Positions 55,694 through 64,000 of a stretch of 64,000 nt of DNA are shown in pieces. The position numbers and the translations under genes were made by a program. The number at the start of each line of letters is the position of its first letter. Position 1 is the stretch's first letter. This DNA is from Eledone cirrhosa (taxonomy: Eukaryota). The stretch spans positions 88,722,001-88,786,000 of the forward strand of contig OZ024740.1 in the NCBI GenBank assembly GCA_964016885.1, in the 5' to 3' direction. The notes below the pieces were generated by a model, which was not told the DNA's origin, did no database searches, and was given only the letters and a program-made list of their open reading frames with translations.

Positions 55694-55913
55694 TCTATGG
55701 AAAATCTGTAATTGAATAAACTGAAACAAATCAAATCAAAGAAATTTACCTCATTGCTGTTTATGGGAGTTCTAATATTTACACGTATATATAAATATAC
55801 CTGTAAACATATGCATGTATTTATCTATGCATGTATGTATATATAAAATATATGCACATATAAATATACCTCAAACATATGTATGTATTTATCTATGCAT
55901 GTATGCATATATG

Positions 55914-55950
<37 letters not shown>

Positions 55951-55956
<6 letters not shown>

Positions 55957-56573
55957 TAAACGGAATAGAAAATGCTGACAAATTGTTCACAGTTGAAAAA
56001 TGGTTTAATTAGGAATAAAAGAGTATTAGTAATTGTATGGGTTAGTATTCAGTTGTGGTTTTAAGTTTTTAAGTTTTTACCGGTTGCGCATTTCTAAATG
56101 CTTTTTATCCACATGACCTCTACCGACCAATCAAAATTGTTTTGACCAAGAATTTTTGCTGGAGCCACTTTTTTAACATTTTAACATAAAAACAGTCTTG
56201 GCGCAAAATCACCTTTTTACATTCACATGACCTCTACCGACCAATCAATATTGTTTTGACCACAAGCATTTTTGCAACACAAAAATAACGCTGTAGCCAC
56301 TTTTTTAACATAAAACAGGTAGAATTCCCAAAACTAATCAGATCAGAGCAAACAGCACGGACACTCTATCTCAAAATTATTTTTGAAAAGCATTTAGAAA
56401 TGCGCAACCGGTAAAAACTTAAAAACTTAAAACCACAACTGAATACTAACCCATACAATTACTAATACTCTTTTATTCCTAATTAAACAATTTTTCAACT
56501 GTGAACAATTTGTCAGCATTTTCTATTCCGTTTACCAATATATAATAACTTGTGTGTTACACCTCTATTCTTT

Positions 56574-56579
<6 letters not shown>
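55951..56579. mobile_element. PLE fold-back insert (family L) nested in a (TA)n inside the Helitron
   Basis: ~155-bp inverted arms 55951-56104 / 56386-56541 plus a ~38-bp tail. Confidence 0.8.
56380..56416 (+). ncRNA. Minimal hammerhead-like motif with U3-A8 core and GCAA in place of GAAA (family L)
   Basis: TTT-TTGAAAA-GCATTT-AG-AAATGC-GCAAC-CG-GTA-AAA; GCAA is present in both arms. Confidence 0.6.
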
Positions 56580-56659
<80 letters not shown>

Positions 56660-56663
<4 letters not shown>

Positions 56664-56983
56664 CCTGTAAACATATGTATGTATTTATCTATGCATGTAT
56701 GTATATATAAAAAATATATATATATAAATATAACTATAAACATATTTATGTATTTATCTATGCATGCATGCATATATAAAATATTGTCGTATTTACAAAA
56801 ATATTTTTCTAACATCGTGTTTAATATTTTATATTGTCGTCTGCTTCTTAATATTTTATATTGTCGTCTGCTTCTCTTCCATTTCATCACATGTGGTTAC
56901 TTACTCTCTCACTCTCTCTTTATTTCCCCTCTCACACAGCCTCTTCTTTCTCTCTCTTTTTGCCAGTCCCTTCTCTCACACAG

Positions 56984-57034
<51 letters not shown>

Positions 57035-57738
57035 TTTTTTCTTTGTCTCTTTCTTTCTGTCGCTGTTTCCCTCCTATAGACATTCTCTCTCTTTCTTTTT
57101 CTGTTCCTCTCTCTTTTCTACTCTGCATTTTCTAGTTCCTTCTCAAATCATTAACTGTCAACCAGAGACTGACATACTACAGAACCTACTGCAAATGTTC
57201 AAAGAAAATATCATTACAAACTAACTGATCACCGAGAGGAAATTGTGAAACACAATGCTGTAAATGTTATATGTCGTTAAGGAATTGTCACAACACCTAT
57301 ATTCCGTGACATCGGCAATCAAATTACTGAGTAGAATACTTCTCTACCTTGTAGGTTCTAGAAATATTACAGTTCATCAGTGGTAGTTAATAAATGAGTC
57401 TTGTAATACACAATATACAGCGTTATCTAAAGTGGTTTTGTTTCTTTTATAAAAACATCTCGCATCTTCCTTTAGCAATGTGTAAAATTTTAAGAGATCG
57501 GGTGAATAATGCGCAAGTTATCATACTTTACACACACAGAGAGAACGGGACTCGATCTCACCGAAATCTGTATTTGAATAAATCTGAAACAAATCAAATC
57601 AAAGAAATTTACCTGGTTGCTTTTTATAGGACTTCTAATAAAGATTTTGGATGCAAAGTCCCATAAGGATTAGAAAAATTTCGATAAAAATATAGATAAA
57701 TATACCTGTAAACATATGTATGTATTTATCTATGCATG

Positions 57739-57819
<81 letters not shown>

Positions 57820-59090
57820 GTAAACATATGTGTATTTATCTATGCATGCATACATATATAAAATATTGCCATATTTACAAAAATATTTTTCTAATATCGT
57901 GTTTAATATTTTATATTGTCGACTGCTTCTCTTCTCACAACGTGTGGTTACTTACTGTCTCACTCTCTCTTTCTTTCCCCTCTCACACAGCATCTTCTTT
58001 CTCTCTCTTTTTGCCAGTCCCCTCTCTCACACCCTTCTCTCTCTCTCTCTATCTCCCCTCCGCTTCCTTTTTTGTCTCTTTCTCTCTGTCGCTGTTTCCC
58101 TCCTATAGACATTCTCTCTCTTTATTGTTCTGTCCCTCTCTTTCTTCTACTCTGCACTTTCTACTTCCTTCTCTTTCTAAATGTACCCCGTTTATCGGAG
58201 TTATTAGTAAAACATACACACGTATACGTACAGATATAAATATACATTTATATATTCATTTTTACCTTTATTGTTTTACTTTATAACACCCCTGACTATT
58301 TTTACTGTATTTTAATTTTTTCATTGTTCATTTATATTTTTATTCTTTATTTTTATTATTATATGTATCCATACCTTGTCGGACATTGTGTCTCACTATA
58401 TCACACACCACTTACTCTTGCGCACGCTTTCAAATGTTCATGTCTGTATTTGTATATATGTATATTTGTGTACGTCGCCATATATGCATGTATGTGTGTG
58501 TACTGTGTGTGTTTAGCCCTAACTTTTTATGCTTTTCTATGAGTGTGTTTTTTGTGTTTTAGTTTTAGTCTTTTTGTTTCTTCGCCTTTTGTTTAGGTTT
58601 TTTTTGTCTTTACTTCCGTAAGTGTGCATGCTTGTTTTTATTTAATTTTTATTAATATATTTTTTGGCATAGTTTTTTATTTTTATTTTTATTTTTATTT
58701 TTAATTTTATCTTTAATTTGTGTAGTATTTTACAATTTCCTTTATATATTTTAATGTATCACATATATTCTTTATTATACACATGCAATTGTATATGTAG
58801 ATTTATCTATGCATGTATGTATATATAAAATATTGTCATATTTACAAAAATATTTTTCTAATATCGTGTTTAATATTTTATATTGTTGTCTGCTTCTCTT
58901 CTCACAACATGTGGTTACTTACTGTCTCACTCCCTCTTTCTTTCCCCTCTCACACAACCTTCTCTCTCTCTTCCCCTTTTTTTCTTTTTCTCTTTCTGTC
59001 ACTGTTTCGCTCCTATAGACATTCTCTCTCTTTCTTTTTGTCCCTCTCTCTCTTCTACTCTGCACTTTCTACTTCCTTCTCTTTCTCAGC
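56660..59090. repeat. Three diverged copies of a ~300-470-bp block in the Helitron 5' region
   Basis: ATTTACAAAAATATTTTTCTAA.ATCGTGTTTAATATTTTATATTG at ~56791, 57872 and 58840, each followed by a CT-rich tract. Confidence 0.85.
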
Positions 59091-59377
59091 CGCGTTCCTG
59101 CTTACCGCAGTTCTAATGGAGATTTTTTTAACGCAAAGTTACACAAGGATTAGAAACATAGCGATTATCACTTTGAAAGTAACAATTATGCAATAAATAA
59201 TTGTTATTGACACGTCTTGCATCCTCCTTTGGCAATGTGTACAATTTTAGCCTGATCGAGTGAACAATACGCAAGTTATAATACTTTACACGCACAGACA
59301 GAACGGGACTTATATAGTAGATATACATATATATATGTATACACACACATTTATATACATACACACACGTATATATA

Positions 59378-59515
59378 TCGGCCTTTCAGTTTCATTTCAC
59401 ATTATATACATGTCTGTGTATATCTTAATTATTTGAAAATTATTTTTAAATGAACATGATCTAAAAAAAAGGTATTTTGGATTGAACGTGTCCCAATGGG
59501 TCACGGGTGGTCTAG
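59378..59515 (+). mobile_element. Second Helitron-type 3' end in opposite orientation
   Basis: Hairpin CGTGTCCCA-A-TGGGTCACG (59487-59505) followed by GGTGGT-CTAG|T. Confidence 0.55.
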
Positions 59516-60703
59516 TATATATATATATAAACCTGTAGAGCAAATATTTATTATAAGTACAGATTAATTTAAAGGAAAGTATCGCTGCTTTCACGCTTAA
59601 CGGGATATTCTATTCAAATAACCATTGTCGATGGCGATCGCGTTTCATCCAATTCCTCTTGGAAATACACAATCGATTGACTGTGGCAGCCCAGGAAGTG
59701 CAGAAAAAATATAATAGTATTTCCACTGAAAACAGCATTAACGAGGTAATGAGGAAATATTTTCGTGGTCACAGGAACTGTTGGAAATGAGAGTAAAACA
59801 TGTCAAGTCCGCACATTACACACTGCCAGATTAAAAGGTAAGGGACCCAGTCGATAACATATTCCTAGATACACTTTTCCTGAATGATAAAAAAGACAGG
59901 TTGGAAAGGGTTGAAATGTTTTAGTCAACACCTTGCTCAATTAAGCTTGACATGTGGTTAAATAACAGCAATTACGTTAATAAGATGGCGAAAGTGATTC
60001 CATATGATCTTTTGACCATCTAGAAATAGCCACCAAATCATCACACCCCACATATCTTACACTATTGATTACATAAATACACACCCACTGACACGTAAAA
60101 CATATCCCAAATATTGAAAAATAAAAAGGACATAATTACATTAGGAATATATTTGATCATGTATCTATGAAGTCAAGGTTGAGCTGAGGTCAAACAAAAT
60201 CATAAGAATGAAAACAACTATATCAAAATCAACGAATAGTAGAAACATGGACTAAATTATTCTGGCATAAATGACAATAATCTCATTATGTACACCATCA
60301 AAAAACAACAATAATAATAGTGATGATAGAAATAATGACGATGACAACAAGCATGACTATGGAGAGATGGTAGTAATGTTTGTTGTAGTAATCGATGTTG
60401 TAATTTTCATTTGCCTTGTAATTGACTTTGTTGTAGTAATTGTTATTGTTGATTCCAGCCTATCATCTCTAAAGAAGCTGATCTAATTCTTCCTTCTGAA
60501 AGTAGAAGGACAAAGAAAGGTTGTTGAGTGGGATTAGATTGTTACAATGTAATTTCAAATAAGTGTGAGTGCCTAGTCTCCACAACAAAGGCTGTCGAAG
60601 GTCAACATGAGGATAATGTAAAACATGAGGAAGTACAGGAGGAAGCTGATGACGATGAAGATGATGATGATGAAGGCGATGATTATTATTATTATTATTA
60701 TTA

Positions 60704-63700
60704 TTTGCATTTATCTTGCTTTATGTTTATACGAGTTATCACCAAGTCACAACCAGTGACCTCAAGAGACAACAAGGTCCGCCATGTTCAAGAAAGAACA
60801 CACATATTCACACATGCATCCTTAGTGTTTAGACTTGTGATGTACTTATATTGACAGGATCTTCCTTAGTATATGGGCAGTTCCCATTAGTACTATCTTT
60901 TGTATTTCTCCTATACGCGGGTTTCCTGGGATTTGCGATAAGTAGTCGTTAGACCCCTTAGGTATCATTCCCAGAGCGCCTACAACCACTGGTATTGTTT
61001 TAGTTCTCAATTTCCACATTTTTCCAATTTCTATCTCCAGGTCCTTATACTTGCTCAATTTTTCAAATGTTTTTATAGATACATTCTTGTCTATTGGAAC
61101 AGACATATCAATTAGCAGGCATACCCTCCTTTGAAAGTCCTTCAATATTATATCAGGTCTATTTGCATCTATTTTTCGGTCTGTTTGGATGCTAAAGTTC
61201 CACAAGATTGAGATGTGATCTTTTTCAAGTATGGGAGGTGGTTGATGCTCCCACCAATTCTTTTGATGGGGCAGGTCAAAATGCTTGCACATTATCCAAT
61301 GTATGTATTGTGCAGCTCTGTCATGCCTGTTTAGGTATTCGGTTGGAGCTATAGGACTGCACATTGAAATTATATGGTCAATGGTCTCTGGTTGTTTTTT
61401 GCATACACGGCATAATGGGCTGCACCCATTTTTTATTATGTTGGCTTGGTAATTTTTTGTTGGCAGACACTGATCTTGTGCGGATATAATCAGTCCTTCA
61501 GTCTCCGATTTCAGTCCAGAGGATGCCAACCACTGATGGGTTAAAGTTTTGTCAACATCAGGATTGTTAGCTCGCTCTGGGTATTTTCCATACAGAGGCT
61601 TTTCTTGCCATTTCTTAGCCAGTTTCTGTAGCAGTTCTTTCTTTGCAGTTACTTTTACCTGCTTTGCTTTTTCTGTGTTTTCCATTTCAGCAGTAAATGG
61701 GACTTCTGAAATTTGTAGTCCATTACTGTATCTTTGTGCATCTTTTGTAATGGAATATGATCTTTTGGTGCTTTCGTGTTTCAAAACGAGTTTGATCATC
61801 CAATCATGTGATTCCCTTAGATATGTGGATAATCCAATTGTTGCAGTTTTCAACGCAATGTCTAACTGGATTAACCCACGTCCTCCTTCTTTCCTAGGGA
61901 GATATATTCTATCTATGTCTGCCTTAGGGTGATGCATTCTGTGCATGGTTAAGAATTTTCGGATTTTTGTATCGAGCCTACGGATCTCTGTGCTTGACCA
62001 GTTGATGACATTGTAACTATAGGTTACTACTGGTATGGCAAGCGTGTTTATGGCATCGATCCTATTCCTTGCATTCAATTCCGTTCTTAAGATTGCTCTG
62101 ACTCTGCGGTAACATTCCTTCCTTATCCTTTCCCTCATTGTCGAGTGCTTGATTCCGTCTCCTTCACAAACACCTAGATATTTTTAAGTTTGTTCTTGAT
62201 CAAGCTCTCTTATCACGTTCCCCCGATCAAGATTAATGTCTGAACTCTTCAGCAGCTTTCCTCTGGTGAACGTTGCTTTGGCGCATTTATCCAGTCCAAA
62301 CTCCATTTTAATGTCATCACTGAACTGCTTCACAGTGGATAATAGCCCTTGCAATTGTTCATCATTTTTTGCGAATAGTTTCAGGTCATCCATGTAGAAC
62401 AGGTGATTAATGGTTTTGTCATAGACTCTATATCCATGTTTTGTTTCATTGAGCATTTTACTTAATGGTATAAGTGCGATGCAGAATAAAAGCAGTGATA
62501 AAGAGTCACCCTGAAAAATTCCACAATTAATGTTAACTTCTCCAGCTTCCAGTGATTTTGTTTCACTATTCAAAAGGAGTGTCGTTCTCCATGTCCTCAT
62601 ACTGAATGACAAAAACCTCCTGACAACGGGGGATATTTTGAAAATCTCTAAACATTTTTCAATCCAACTGTGTGGCAAACTATCAAATGCTTTTTTATAA
62701 TCTATCCAAGCAATCGATAGATTTTTGTGTCTATTATGACAATCTTCCAGTATCATTTTGTTAACCAGAAGCTGATCCTTACAGCCATATGAGCCTCGTT
62801 TACACCCTTTCTGCTCAATGGGAAATAGGTCATTTGTTATCAGGTGGTCATATGTGTATTCAGTTAGGACTGATGTTAAAATTTTATACATTGTGGTCAA
62901 GCAGGTTATCGGTCTGTAATTTTTGGGATTGTTTGTCTCATCATTCTTCGGTAGCAGGAATGTAATGCCGTTAACTAGCCATGATGGTATATTTTCTGGC
63001 TCCTTAACTATTTCATTGTAAAGTTGGGCTAACAGCTCATGAGACTCTGTGAAGGCATTTATCCAAAAGTTTTGTATTTTGTCTTTTCCTGGGGATTTCC
63101 ATTTGCTGGTTTTTCTTAGAGCCAAGCGCAGCTGTTCAACTGTTATATTTTCCCATGTTTGTTCTTCAAGGTGAGCTGTTTCTTTCATTTGTCTGTCTAT
63201 CCATGGGGCATGTATGTTATGAACTCTTTCTTCGGCCCAGATCTTTTCCCAGAATTCTTGCACTTCCTCCATGGGTGGTATTGATTTAGCAGTTATTGTT
63301 GACTTACCAATTTTTCTGTAGAAGTTTCTTTGGTTGTTTTTGAACATATTATTGTCCTTATAGTATCTAGATCGTTTTTCAAAGCGCCTTATACGAGCAG
63401 CTTTGGCCGACACTTTTTGCTTGATTGTTTCTATCAGCATGTCTATGTCACATGTTGATTTTATACTGTACTTTTTTTTCAATTTTCTAAGTTTAGTTTG
63501 TTTAACATGTTCACCTACTTTATAGTTTGTTAAAATTTCTATGTCAGATCGGAGAAGGTTTATTTGGCGATTGATGTTATCTTGCCAAGTAGATTTCTTG
63601 TGGGAATTCCTTTGTTTTTTCATCTTCACTCCACATAAGTGAGTGGTGACTTTAGCCGATGCATAATAGAGATGATTTAAGTCAGTAATGTTTATTTTGT

Positions 63701-64000
63701 TTGTGATGATAATGTTTTTGAGAATTATGTTAGTCTTGTGTATTATCTTTTGGTTCTGTTTGGAGTTCTAGATCTTAGGGAGGGTGTCTCGTTCCCCCAT
63801 GTCAGATTCTTTCATTTTCATCCATTCGATCATAATTTCATCCTTCAAGTTGGCAAGTTCATTCTCATTCATTTCTTTATCATTTACGATCTCATTATTT
63901 TCATTTGGAGTTTCATCCTGAGCATGCACTCCCTCCACTTTTTCGCTCCTTTCTTTAATTTGTTCTGTTGCCAGTGATTCCGCCCCAACTCTGGGATTCG
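60704..64000 (-). mobile_element. R4/Dong-clade non-LTR retrotransposon (family 2), 3' end in (TAA)n, continues past the window edge
   Basis: RT-REL frame; 3' UTR ends GCAAGATAAATGCAAA then (TAA)n. Confidence 0.9.
60846..63768 (-). pseudogene. Dong-like RT plus CCHC/REL ORF broken by an in-frame TAA at 62184-62186
   Basis: [52 protein letters not shown]....ETIDHIISMC, RHD, RPDIILKD; the two listed ORFs share one frame; another stop lies just upstream of 63768. Confidence 0.9.

Larger units (their letters stand above)
50559..59321 (-). mobile_element. Full-length Helitron (inactive)
   Basis: 5' end A|TCTACTATATAAG at 59321; 3' hairpin CCGTCCA-A-TGGACGG (50573-50587) then TTAG|T at 50559 (CTAG variant); RepHel inside. 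Confidence 0.85.

Overview
AT-rich, microsatellite-dense eukaryotic DNA; the SINE sequence and repeat style suggest a cephalopod such as Octopus, which is an inference. I can support no intact host gene, and most ORF-track entries are microsatellite artefacts. The window holds a 5'-truncated Penelope-like element (PLE; RT plus GIY-YIG) with inverted pseudo-LTRs (pLTRs), two more GIY-YIG remnants, and about 20 short PLE-type terminal or fold-back inserts of about 12 families (my letter labels), nearly all in (TA)n tracts. It also holds two R4/Dong-clade LINE families (one joined to (CATA)n, one to (TAA)n), four RTE-derived non-autonomous elements, a full-length dead Helitron with both termini and an intron, SINEs, a MITE and tandem repeats. 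The main hidden layer is a set of type I hammerhead ribozymes in the (TA)n inserts, four families of which carry a compensated U3-A8 core. The best candidate for a new system is at 49.8-50.5 kb: an ORF-less, circularly permuted 320-nt unit with one full hammerhead per monomer, i.e. a retrozyme-like putative circular RNA probably mobilised by the (TA)n-targeting PLEs. All folds were read by eye and need computational or experimental confirmation.
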